Assembly: GCA_018970765.1 (NCBI GenBank)
Contig: JAGWVT010000005.1
Location: forward strand, 28,867 to 52,866
Length of the DNA stretch: 24,000 nt
DNA from: Actinomycetales bacterium
GTDB taxonomy: Bacteria; Actinomycetota; Actinomycetes; S36-B12
Direction of reading: 5' to 3'
Positions 16,435-24,000 of this stretch are shown one piece after another (positions within the stretch are counted from its first letter, which is position 1; each line of letters starts with the position of its first letter). The notes under the pieces were generated by a model that saw nothing but the letters and a program-made list of their open reading frames with translations, was not told the DNA's origin and made no database searches. The position numbers were made by a program, and so were the translations under genes.

Positions 16435-18219
16435 AGTGGGTGCTGGCTCGGTAGGTGCCGGTTGAGTTGGCGGCGCTTCCGTGGGGCCAAAGGTGGGCGG
16501 TGCTTCCGTCGGGACATTGCTGGGCACGACTGAGGCCACGGCAGTGGTGATCGTCACCACCGAGCCACGAGGCAGCACAGAGCCTGCTTCGGGTGCTTGG
16601 GCCAGCACAGTGCCGGCTGCCGCGGAGCCGTCCTCTTGCTCGACGACCTGGACCTGGAAGCCAGCTTGCGTCAGGTCTGACAGCGCCTGTGCCTGGTCGA
16701 AGCCAACAACGTCAGGCACCTTCACCTGACCCGAGGCAACCGTGATCGAAACCTGTGATCCGACGGGAACTTGCGTGCCGTCACTGGGATCCTGGTCGAG
16801 CACGTAGCCGGCAGGTTGGCCAGAACTTCGTTCCTTGATCGTGCCGAGCACGAGATTGGCGTCCTCCAAGGCCACCCGCGCCGCTTCCACTGAGGTGAGG
16901 CCAACCAGATCGGGGACGGTGGACTCTTCCAAGCCGGTGCTGATCGTGACGTTGACAGCCTGACCCAGTTCGAGGAGTTCACCTGCTGCGGGCTGCTGAG
17001 CGATGATCGTGCCGCTTGGGCGTTCGGAGAATTGCGGTGTCTGAGCGCCAAGGGTGAGCTGGAAGTCACCGAGCTCGGTCTGAGCCTGTTCGATGGTGAG
17101 CCCGTCCAGATTCGGCACCTGCACGCGGTTTCCGGAGGTGTCACCGAAAAGGAAACGCCCGATGAGCAGTGTTCCGGCGACTGCTGCAGCGATTGCGACC
17201 AGGCTTACGATCCAGAATCCGACCCCACGGCGCGCTACGGGCGCCTTCCGTGAGCCTCCTTTGCTGCTCCCGGATGCTTCCAAGGGAGTTAGTTGCGCGG
17301 TGCGATCCATGACGACTGCGGGCACAGCCGCGGTGACCTGTCCACCATCCAGCACTCTCTCAATGTCAGCGCGGAATTCAGCAGCTGACTGGTACCGATC
17401 GTCAGGACGCTTAGCAAGTGCATGCAACACGATCGCATCGATCTGCGGTGGAATTCGCGGATCGATCTGTGACGGTGGGGTTGGCATCTCAGAAACATGC
17501 TGGTACGCAATCGCTACCGGGGAATCACCCGTGAAGGGTGGCTGGCCGGTCAGTAACTCGTAGAGCAGGACTCCGGTGGAGTACAGATCACTGCGGGCAT
17601 CGACGATCTCACCGCGAGCTTGTTCGGGTGACAGGTATGCGGCAGTACCCATGACGGCAGAAGCCGTGGTCATCGTCGTACCAGCATCGTTGATGGCACG
17701 GGCGATACCGAAGTCCATGACCTTCACATCCCCGGAGCGGGTGAGCATCACGTTCGCCGGTTTGATATCGCGATGGACAATGCCATGGCGGTGCGCGTAG
17801 TCCAAAGCCGACAGGATGCCGGCGGTTATCTCCAAGGCGCGTTCCGGGAGCAGCCTTCGGCCTCGGGAGAGAAGTTGCCGCAGCGTCATGCCGTCGACGT
17901 ATTCCATGACGATGTACGGGACGATCACAGGTTCGATAGAGCGGTCATCCCCAGAGCCACCCGCCGCAAGTTCGTCTTCGCCGGTGTCGTACACCGCCAC
18001 GATGTTCGGATGATTCAACGCCGCGGCTGACTGCGCTTCACGGCGGAATCGCACCTGGAAAGCTGGATCGCGAGCAAGATCGGCGCGCAGGATCTTGATG
18101 GCGACCCTTCGGCCCAGTCGCAGGTCGCGTCCCTCACGCACCTCAGCCATACCACCACGACCGATCACATCGGTGACCTCGTAGCGATCACCGAGCATTC
18201 GACCTTGGGTGCTGCTCAC
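16429..18219 (-). CDS. pknB: Ser/Thr protein kinase PknB with three PASTA domains
   Basis: 596 aa. Kinase motifs are GRGGMAEV, VAIK, HRDIKPAN, DFG and SPEQ. One TM helix is present (FWIVSLVAIAAAVAGTLLIG). Three roughly 65 aa repeats each open with VP(N/D)(L/V)xG, followed by a Pro/Thr-rich tail. The start is GTG at 18219, with ATG at 18198 as an alternative. Confidence 0.95.
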   Translation of the reverse strand: MSSTQGRMLGDRYEVTDVIGRGGMAEVREGRDLRLGRRVAIKILRADLARDPAFQVRFRREAQSAAALNHPNIVAVYDTGEDELAAGGSGDDRSIEPVIVPYIVMEYVDGMTLRQLLSRGRRLLPERALEITAGILSALDYAHRHGIVHRDIKPANVMLTRSGDVKVMDFGIARAINDAGTTMTTASAVMGTAAYLSPEQARGEIVDARSDLYSTGVLLYELLTGQPPFTGDSPVAIAYQHVSEMPTPPSQIDPRIPPQIDAIVLHALAKRPDDRYQSAAEFRADIERVLDGGQVTAAVPAVVMDRTAQLTPLEASGSSKGGSRKAPVARRGVGFWIVSLVAIAAAVAGTLLIGRFLFGDTSGNRVQVPNLDGLTIEQAQTELGDFQLTLGAQTPQFSERPSGTIIAQQPAAGELLELGQAVNVTISTGLEESTVPDLVGLTSVEAARVALEDANLVLGTIKERSSGQPAGYVLDQDPSDGTQVPVGSQVSITVASGQVKVPDVVGFDQAQALSDLTQAGFQVQVVEQEDGSAAAGTVLAQAPEAGSVLPRGSVVTITTAVASVVPSNVPTEAPPTFGPTEAPPTQPAPTEPAPTP

Positions 18220-18226
18220 GGGGTCA

Positions 18227-19669
18227 TCATCCCAGTACCGCTTCCATGACGGCTCGTGCGATCGGTGCGGCTAGGCCATTACCGCTGATTTCGGGGGTCG
18301 GGGCTTCTTCGATTGCAACGGCAACCGCGACCTGTGGCGCCTGAGCTGGTGCAAACGCGATGAACCACGCAACCGAGGGTCGATCAGGTGCAGTCTGCGC
18401 AGTGCCGGTCTTGCCGGCAACTGCGATGCCGGGGATACGGCCGTTACCCCCAGTTCCCTGCTCCACCGCCTGCACCATCATGTCCGTCAACTGTCGCGCG
18501 TGATCGAAGGACATAGCAGTGGCGAACTCCTGCGGTTCGGTTGTCTGCAAGATGGCCAGGTCTGGGCCTCGGATCTCCTGAACCAGGTACGGAGCCATGG
18601 TTACCCCGCCATTTCCAATGGCTGCAGCAACCATGGCCATCTGCAGGGCGGTCGCCCGGACATCGAACTGCCCGATCGCGGTGAGCGCAGTCTGCGGAAC
18701 ATCTGGGTCCTCGGGAAACCGAGAGGTGGCTGCGCGAAGTGGAATCTGGAACCCACTATCGAATCCCATGAGGGACGCCTGGCGCCGAAGTGCATCAGCC
18801 CCAAGTTCCACCCCCAGCCACGCGAACGCAGTGTTACAACTAATTGCTAGGGCTTGACGCAGGGTGACTTTGCCTTTGGGTCCACATGCTTGCCCATTCC
18901 AATTACGCAGTTCGGTGGTGGTGCCGGGCAGGGTGTAGGTCTTCGGCCCCGGAAGGACTGAGTCAGGGGTGAACTTGCCGGAGGCTAGGGCAGCGGCTGC
19001 CGTGATCACCTTGAATGTCGATCCAGGTGGGTTCAGTGAGACGAGTGGTCGATTGAGCAGTGGCTCATCCGGATCAGCGGTGAGTTCCTCGTGATAGTCG
19101 CGGACCTGTTGCAGGTCATGGCTGGCTAATAGGTTCGGGTCAAACGATGGAGACTGGGCTGACGCGAGGATCCGGCCAGTCGCCGGCTCAATAGCGACCA
19201 CGGCACCCCGCAGACCTTGCAGACCTTCCACCGCTGCTTCCTGTGCATCCGCGTCGATGGTGGTGGTTACGGCACCACCACTGGGTTTGCGGCCGGCAAA
19301 CAACTGCTGCAGGCGGTCGACGATGAATAACGAGGACTGTCCAGTGAGGACACGATTCTCGGTTCGCTCCAGCCCCGTCGTTCCGTAGATCAACGACATG
19401 TAGCCGGTGATTGAGGCGTAGGCATCGCCGAGTGGATAGCGACGTTGGTACCGGAGCACGTCACCGGTCTCCACCGACCTAGCCACGGGTTCGGCACCAA
19501 CGAGGATCGGTCCACGTTCCCGGTCGTACTCCTCTAACAGCACTCGTTGGTTTCCTGGTCGATCGCGGTAGTCCTCGGCGAGGAAGACCTGAATGATCGT
19601 GACATTCGCGATGAGGACGACTAAACCAACACCGAGGAACAATGCGATGAGACGTATCTGACGATCCAT
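18227..19669 (-). CDS. pbpA: penicillin-binding protein A (class B transpeptidase)
   Basis: 480 aa with an N-terminal TM anchor. Contains the SxxK motif STFKV, the SxN motif SCN and KTGT. Confidence 0.93.
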   Translation of the reverse strand: MDRQIRLIALFLGVGLVVLIANVTIIQVFLAEDYRDRPGNQRVLLEEYDRERGPILVGAEPVARSVETGDVLRYQRRYPLGDAYASITGYMSLIYGTTGLERTENRVLTGQSSLFIVDRLQQLFAGRKPSGGAVTTTIDADAQEAAVEGLQGLRGAVVAIEPATGRILASAQSPSFDPNLLASHDLQQVRDYHEELTADPDEPLLNRPLVSLNPPGSTFKVITAAAALASGKFTPDSVLPGPKTYTLPGTTTELRNWNGQACGPKGKVTLRQALAISCNTAFAWLGVELGADALRRQASLMGFDSGFQIPLRAATSRFPEDPDVPQTALTAIGQFDVRATALQMAMVAAAIGNGGVTMAPYLVQEIRGPDLAILQTTEPQEFATAMSFDHARQLTDMMVQAVEQGTGGNGRIPGIAVAGKTGTAQTAPDRPSVAWFIAFAPAQAPQVAVAVAIEEAPTPEISGNGLAAPIARAVMEAVLG

Positions 19670-21033
19670 CAGGGCCGGACCAGCGCTGTGGGCATGTCAC
19701 TGGTTGGTGGCAGCACAATCTGTGGCTGACGCGCCCGATCGGAGATTCGTAGCAGCAAAGCGATGATGATCCAGTTAGCGACCAGCGACGATCCGCCATA
19801 ACTCAAAAAGGGTGTCGTCAAGCCGGTTAGCGGGATCAAGCGAGAAATCCCACCGATGATCACGAAGATTTGTAGGGCCAAGGTGATGGAAAGTCCAGCG
19901 GCCAGCAGTTGGCCGTAGGGGTCCTTGATCGTGATTGCAGTGCGCAACCCTCGCTCAATAAGTAGTGCGTAGAGCAGGAGCAGGGCTATGACGCCGGTAA
20001 GTCCGAGTTCCTCTGCGAATCCAGTGACAATGAAGTCAGTACTCGCGAACGGAACGTAGGTCGGGAATCCCTGACCAAGGCCGGCGCCGAGTATCCCGCC
20101 GTTGGCAAAGCCGTAGAGCGACTGCACGAGTTGGTAGCCCGAGGTGTCTGCATAGGCCCATGGGTCGAGCCAGACAAGAACTCTGGATCGGACATGCGAG
20201 AAGAGCAGGAAAGCCAACGCACCACCGACAAGGAACAGACCCGTACCAATCACCAGCCAGGAGCGACGCTGCGTGGCGATGAAGAGCATGGCGACGAAGA
20301 GGCCGAAAAACAACACTGAGGTGCCCAAGTCACGCTCGAAAACCAAGACGGCCAGTGAGATGAGCCAGGCGATAACGATGGGCCCCAAGTCTCGTAGTCG
20401 TGGCAGGGGAACGCCCCAGCGCTTCGTTCGAATCACGGCCAGCGAATCTCGTTTCACCACGAGGTAGCCGGCGAAGAAACAGGTCAGGAAGATCTTGGCG
20501 AATTCTGCTGGCTGAAAGGAGAAATTGGCGATGCGAATCCACAGCGTGGCGCCGTTGACTGTGGTGCCGATGATTGGCACAAGCGGCAGGACGAGCAAGA
20601 GGAGTCCGACAAGTCCAAGTGTGTAGGTGTATCGCTGCAATCGACGATGGTCACGAAGCAGGATGAGCACAGCGGTGAAAAGGACGACAGCCACAGCGAA
20701 CCAGGTGAGTTGCGCATAGACGTCCGGAGTCGGAGCTGGTGCGGCATTGCGAGCTGCCCGCTGTGCGGCCGCGACGTCAATGCGATAGATCATCACCAGG
20801 CCCAGCACTGTCAGCATCACTGCAAGCGGAAGTAGGAGTTGATCTGCATTCGGTGCCCGCAGTAGCACGGTGACATGCATGCCGAGTGACAGCACGACCA
20901 CGGCGACAACAGTGATCCATAGCCGGGTTGGGGTGCCTTCCCCGGTTGCCCAGCCAATCTGCACGGTGCCGAATGCTCCTACTGCCCAGGCCAACACGAG
21001 GAGGCCCAATTCGACGGGTCGACGGAAGCTCAT
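19669..21033 (-). CDS. rodA: FtsW/RodA/SpoVE (SEDS) family peptidoglycan glycosyltransferase
   Basis: A polytopic membrane protein with the conserved C-terminal region LPLTGLTTPFLSYGGSSLVANW. The track start at 21075 is a TTG that overlaps pstP by 43 nt. I prefer the ATG at 21033-21031, which shares one nucleotide with the pstP TGA (TGATG). Confidence 0.9.
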   Translation of the reverse strand: MSFRRPVELGLLVLAWAVGAFGTVQIGWATGEGTPTRLWITVVAVVVLSLGMHVTVLLRAPNADQLLLPLAVMLTVLGLVMIYRIDVAAAQRAARNAAPAPTPDVYAQLTWFAVAVVLFTAVLILLRDHRRLQRYTYTLGLVGLLLLVLPLVPIIGTTVNGATLWIRIANFSFQPAEFAKIFLTCFFAGYLVVKRDSLAVIRTKRWGVPLPRLRDLGPIVIAWLISLAVLVFERDLGTSVLFFGLFVAMLFIATQRRSWLVIGTGLFLVGGALAFLLFSHVRSRVLVWLDPWAYADTSGYQLVQSLYGFANGGILGAGLGQGFPTYVPFASTDFIVTGFAEELGLTGVIALLLLYALLIERGLRTAITIKDPYGQLLAAGLSITLALQIFVIIGGISRLIPLTGLTTPFLSYGGSSLVANWIIIALLLRISDRARQPQIVLPPTSDMPTALVRP

Positions 21034-22331
21034 CACGCGGTGGGGCAACCGGCGGGAGGGTTTGGGCCTAGACAATCGATGGCCTTCTGCCGCATCTGTT
21101 CAACGATGCGCTCGGCGTCCACCTGACTGTTCGCCGGGATGGTGCGAGTCAGTAATTCTTGGTCAAAGGCAGGCAGCGAGCCCAGCGGCACCGATGTCGT
21201 GGTGATGAGCGTGGTCAGGTGCAAACCCAACAACTCCTGGGGGACGCCCTGGTAGATCGCGACCACGGGCGTTGATTGGGATCCCTGCGTCGACATCACC
21301 GTTCCGACATACCACTGGGTGGTAGTCCAACTCCGCAAACCAAGAACCAATGCCGCAACCAGGCCGACGAGCACAGCCAACGTCACCCCAATCCAAAGGC
21401 CACGTCGCTGGTGATTGGCTGGTTGCGTACGACGGCGTGTACCGCGGCTTCCTGCGCCCAGCGGGAGCGGCTGCGTGGCTGTTCGACTCGCGTCCGGCTG
21501 CGCATCACGCGGAAAGGTGACCTGTGGGAGCCGGTGACGAACGCGAGCCTCACCAGCGGCGCCAACGACGACAGGTTCTTGATCTGTGGATAAGTCATCA
21601 AGGGCATCGACCAAATCAACAACATCGGCAACGACAACCGTGACGTTGTCCGGTGCACCGCGCTCCAATGCTTCATCAACCAGTTGCGTCACGCAGCCGG
21701 TTGCGTCACGTTGGGCCAAGATGAGTTGCAGTCGTTCGTCGGCAATAACACCAGTGAGTCCATCTGAACACAACAGGTAGCGATCACCAACCCGAGCTTC
21801 ACGCACCGACAGGTCGGCCTCGACGGGGGTGATGCCATCGAGTGCCCGTGTCAGTAGTGAGCGCCGGGGGTGCTTGGCCGCCTGTTCTTCGGTGAGTCGC
21901 CCGGCATCCACCAATGTTTGAACGTATGTGTGGTCATGGGTCAATTGAACGAGCGCACCGTCCCGCAGTAGATACGCTCGCGAATCGCCAACGTGGACCA
22001 CCGCGATTCGACCGCCCAGCCATGCCAGACCCGTCACCGTGGTGCCCATGCCAGCCAGTTCAGGTTCTGCGGCAACAACTGATCCGAGACTGACTCCCAC
22101 TCGATCGACTGCGTCAGCCAGCGCACCTAGGGCGTCCGCAGCGCTCGGTGGATTCTCATTCAGGCTCGATAGCGTCGCCACAGCGATGGCTGACGCGAGT
22201 TCACCGGCTGCGTGACCACCCATGCCATCGGCAACCAGCAGCATGCGGGGGCCGGCGTAGCCGGAGTCCTCGTTGCCGGCCCGAACGAGGCCAACATCCG
22301 ATCGCGCCGCGTAGCGCAAGGTGAGGGGCAT
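21033..22331 (-). CDS. pstP: PP2C-family Ser/Thr phosphatase PstP
   Basis: MPLTLRYAARSDVGLVRAGNEDSGY, LLVADGMGGHAAGE, LLCSDGL and GAPDNVTVVVADV are present. These are followed by one TM helix and an extracytoplasmic C-terminal domain. I start at the ATG at 22331, 10 nt after the fhaB stop and preceded by AAGGG. The track ORF extends to 22442 but would then overlap fhaB by about 100 nt. Confidence 0.92.
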   Translation of the reverse strand: MPLTLRYAARSDVGLVRAGNEDSGYAGPRMLLVADGMGGHAAGELASAIAVATLSSLNENPPSAADALGALADAVDRVGVSLGSVVAAEPELAGMGTTVTGLAWLGGRIAVVHVGDSRAYLLRDGALVQLTHDHTYVQTLVDAGRLTEEQAAKHPRRSLLTRALDGITPVEADLSVREARVGDRYLLCSDGLTGVIADERLQLILAQRDATGCVTQLVDEALERGAPDNVTVVVADVVDLVDALDDLSTDQEPVVVGAAGEARVRHRLPQVTFPRDAQPDASRTATQPLPLGAGSRGTRRRTQPANHQRRGLWIGVTLAVLVGLVAALVLGLRSWTTTQWYVGTVMSTQGSQSTPVVAIYQGVPQELLGLHLTTLITTTSVPLGSLPAFDQELLTRTIPANSQVDAERIVEQMRQKAIDCLGPNPPAGCPTA

Positions 22332-22341
22332 TGACAGGCCC

Positions 22342-22818
22342 TTACCTACGCGCCTGAATGGTGGTGCGTCCAACGCGCAGATTGCTACCCACATGCAGCA
22401 CGGCGGGCTCGGTGATGCGCGTACGTTCGATCCAGGTGCCATTGGTGGAGCCGAGGTCTTCCACGACCCAGTCCGTGTCGACGAGGCAGATGCGGGCGTG
22501 CCGACTTGAGGCGTAGTCGTCTTCGATCACCAATGTGGAGTCCGGGGCTCGGCCGATGGTGATCGCCGTGGTGCCCAAGGGCACCACAGTGCCGGCCAAC
22601 TCCCCTTCCGTGACGACCAACTTGCTCGGCTGGCGGCGCCCGGCCCGTGGCAGACGGCGCGAGCGACGATTCGGCCCTGGCACTACGACGGCACCAGTAC
22701 GCGCCGTCTGTGCAGGTTGGCGCAGGTCACGACTCAAGGCGATGACGGTGAACACGACGAAAGACCAGAGCAGTGCCAGGAAAGCAAGACGAACGACAGT
22801 GAGTGCGAGATCGGACAT
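22342..22818 (-). CDS. fhaB: FHA domain protein FhaB/FipA
   Basis: 158 aa with an N-terminal TM helix (LALTVVRLAFLALLWSFVVFTVIAL) and an Arg-rich linker. The C-terminal FHA domain contains GRAPDSTLVIEDDYASSRHARI...STNGTW. Confidence 0.9.
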   Translation of the reverse strand: MSDLALTVVRLAFLALLWSFVVFTVIALSRDLRQPAQTARTGAVVVPGPNRRSRRLPRAGRRQPSKLVVTEGELAGTVVPLGTTAITIGRAPDSTLVIEDDYASSRHARICLVDTDWVVEDLGSTNGTWIERTRITEPAVLHVGSNLRVGRTTIQARR

Positions 22819-23499
22819 CTACTGATCCCGGTAAGTGAATTCTGTTGACCCAATGCGAATCGTGGTGCCGTCGACCAGTGGTAACTCAGCGACCTTACGG
22901 TCCGCAACATACGTGCCATTGGTGGAGTTCAGGTCCCGCAGTAACACCGCCTGCCCAAGCACAACTTCACAGTGGTGACGCGAGGCCGCCGGATCATCGA
23001 TGCGGATATCTGAATCCGTTGATCGACCAAGGCGCGTCACGGGCTGGAGTAGTGGGTACGAAACGTCGTCAATAACGAGCCGGGGTTGATTGGTGATGAC
23101 CGCGGGCTCACGGAGGCGTGACTGAACGTCGGCTCTGGCATCACTTCGTACTCGGAACAGGCCGGTTTCCAGTTCGTGATCCAACCCCAGGTGCACCTGT
23201 GGCGAGCCAATGAGCAGGTACCCCTGTTGATCCGCGTAGGCCTGGACATAGCCAGCCAGTTCAATGCAGACCTCGTCATTGAAGACCGCTAGTCGCTGGT
23301 AGTCATGGTCGGAGAGCTCAACGGTGAAGACGTTGGGAACGACTGTTCGGTCACGATCCACGACAGCGCAACGATCGTCCATTTCGCGCTGCAGCGCGGC
23401 GGCCAACTCAACGGGCTGGACCTCGGATTTGAAGGCACGCGCGAAGGCACCATTGACCAGCCGATCGAGGGAGTCCTCGAATCGCTCTAGCAGGCCCAC
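22819..23499 (-). CDS. fhaA: FhaA (DUF3662 N-terminal domain plus C-terminal FHA domain)
   Basis: 226 aa with a GTG start preceded by GGAGG. The N-terminus GLLERFEDSLDRLVNGAFARAFKSEVQPVELAAAL is the DUF3662 signature. The C-terminus GRSTDSDIRIDDPAASRHHCEV...STNGTYV is an FHA domain. Confidence 0.9.
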   Translation of the reverse strand: MGLLERFEDSLDRLVNGAFARAFKSEVQPVELAAALQREMDDRCAVVDRDRTVVPNVFTVELSDHDYQRLAVFNDEVCIELAGYVQAYADQQGYLLIGSPQVHLGLDHELETGLFRVRSDARADVQSRLREPAVITNQPRLVIDDVSYPLLQPVTRLGRSTDSDIRIDDPAASRHHCEVVLGQAVLLRDLNSTNGTYVADRKVAELPLVDGTTIRIGSTEFTYRDQ

Positions 23500-23610
23500 G
23501 TTGCCTCCGGTCCGCCACCAAGGGACACCGGCGTCCCGTGCTCGCGTATCAGATGCTAACCGGCAAGGTCTAGACTCCTAGGGCCCGAAGGTCAACACTG
23601 CGGGTAGCAG

Positions 23611-23697
23611 GCGCGAGTGGCGGAATAGGCAGACGCGCACGGTTCAGGTCCGTGTGCCCGTAAGGGCGTGGGGGTTCAACTCCCCCCTCGCGCACCA
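23611..23697 (+). tRNA. tRNA-Leu (anticodon CAG), class II with long variable arm, CCA encoded
   Basis: The acceptor GCGCGAG pairs with CTCGCGC. The anticodon stem CACGG/CCGTG carries the loop TTCAGGT. The variable arm is TGCCCGTAAGGGCGT and the T arm is GGGGG-TTCAACT-CCCCC. The discriminator is A at 23694, followed by CCA at 23695-23697. Confidence 0.93.
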
Positions 23698-23754
23698 GCA
23701 TGAGCGGCCCTCGTCCCACGACGCGTGGGGCGGGGCCGCGTCCTTGCTCAGGAA

Positions 23755-23777
23755 GACTGCGCCAAATTCGCGCAGTC
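23755..23777. terminator. 8-bp perfect hairpin GACTGCGC-CAAATTC-GCGCAGTC between tRNA-Leu and the convergent 3' gene end
   Basis: Read directly from the sequence. It lies downstream of both the plus-strand tRNA-Leu and the minus-strand partial ORF. No U-tract is present, so the assignment is tentative. Confidence 0.25.
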
Positions 23778-23843
23778 GTGCGGTCACCCGAGCCGCAGTC
23801 AGGTGAACCAGGGCGCCCTGATGACGGTGTACACGAGGATGGG

Positions 23844-24000
23844 TTACACGAGGAAGTTTGCGAACTGCCAGGGATCCTCGTCGTCGTACACCTTTCCGTT
23901 CCAGCCCTCGAATGGATCGAACCGGTGCTGAGTCGGAGTCCAGGAGACTGCCGTCGATCGCAGTTCACCCAGATACGGGTTCGCCACGCCAAGGACCTCG
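23844..24000 (-). CDS. hypothetical protein, C-terminal 51 codons only (gene begins beyond window end)
   Basis: Not in the ORF track because it is truncated. The minus-strand frame entering at 23999 reads EVLGVANPYLGELRSTAVSWTPTQHRFDPFEGWNGKVYDDEDPWQFANFLV, with TAA at 23846-23844. Third positions are G/C-rich like the genuine genes. The competing 140 aa track ORF (23570-23992) is Arg/Pro/Ser-rich and runs through the tRNA-Leu gene. I do not recognise the family. Confidence 0.4.
   Translation of the reverse strand, partial: EVLGVANPYLGELRSTAVSWTPTQHRFDPFEGWNGKVYDDEDPWQFANFLV

Noticed and set aside
22332-22442. 37-codon N-terminal extension of pstP overlapping the fhaB 3' end
   Set aside because: The PP2C domain begins at MPLTLRYAARSDVG. 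The extension would overlap fhaB by about 100 nt and is Cys/Pro/Ala-rich with no similarity to PstP N-termini.
23567-23595. TTGACC-17 nt-TAGACC on the minus strand as a promoter for the fhaA operon
   Set aside because: The -10 candidate matches TATAAT at only 3 of 6 positions and lacks the terminal T. The call is plausible from position alone.
23570-23992. 140 aa minus-strand ORF at the window end
   Set aside because: It reads straight through the tRNA-Leu gene on the opposite strand and is Arg/Pro/Ser/Gly-rich. A different minus-strand frame (23844-23999) looks more protein-like, so that frame was reported instead.
1-24000. Search for CRISPR arrays, transposases or integrases, toxin-antitoxin pairs, defence or secretion systems, and compositional islands
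   Set aside because: None were seen. Every sizeable ORF is accounted for by conserved origin-proximal housekeeping or cell-division genes. The only repeats are the short ones listed, and no stretch looks compositionally foreign by eye.

Overview
This window is the replication-origin neighbourhood of a GC-rich actinobacterial (Actinomycetota) chromosome. It is core, syntenic DNA, and I found no convincing sign of a novel or accessory system. The gene order is: jag(partial)-yidC-yidD-rnpA-rpmH (minus strand) | dnaA-oriC-dnaN-recF-DUF721/DciA-gyrB-gyrA-DUF3566 membrane protein-tRNA-Ile-small DLW-39-like ORF-tRNA-Ala-cyclophilin-rhomboid-thiolase (plus) | crgA (minus) | trpG/pabA-like amidotransferase (plus) | pknB-pbpA-rodA-pstP-fhaB-fhaA (minus) | tRNA-Leu (plus) | 3' end of an unidentified minus-strand gene. 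From memory, this is colinear with Mycobacterium tuberculosis H37Rv from Rv3921c across the origin to Rv0020c/leuT, with three differences. There is no pknA. There are no Rv0008c, Rv0010c or Rv0012 equivalents. A rhomboid-thiolase pair sits between ppiA and crgA. I saw no transposase, integrase, CRISPR array, toxin-antitoxin pair or defence-type gene, and almost every intergenic gap is short. The points worth a second look are small-scale: the DnaA-box architecture of oriC and the dnaA upstream region; an isolated perfect DnaA box inside a hairpin far from the origin; a 41-codon ORF missed by the ORF track and wedged between two tRNAs; repeated TGATG stop/start coupling; a convergent stop-codon overlap inside a triple decamer repeat; and the synteny break after tRNA-Leu at the window edge. 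All homology calls rest on motifs read by eye and on remembered family signatures. No searches were run.
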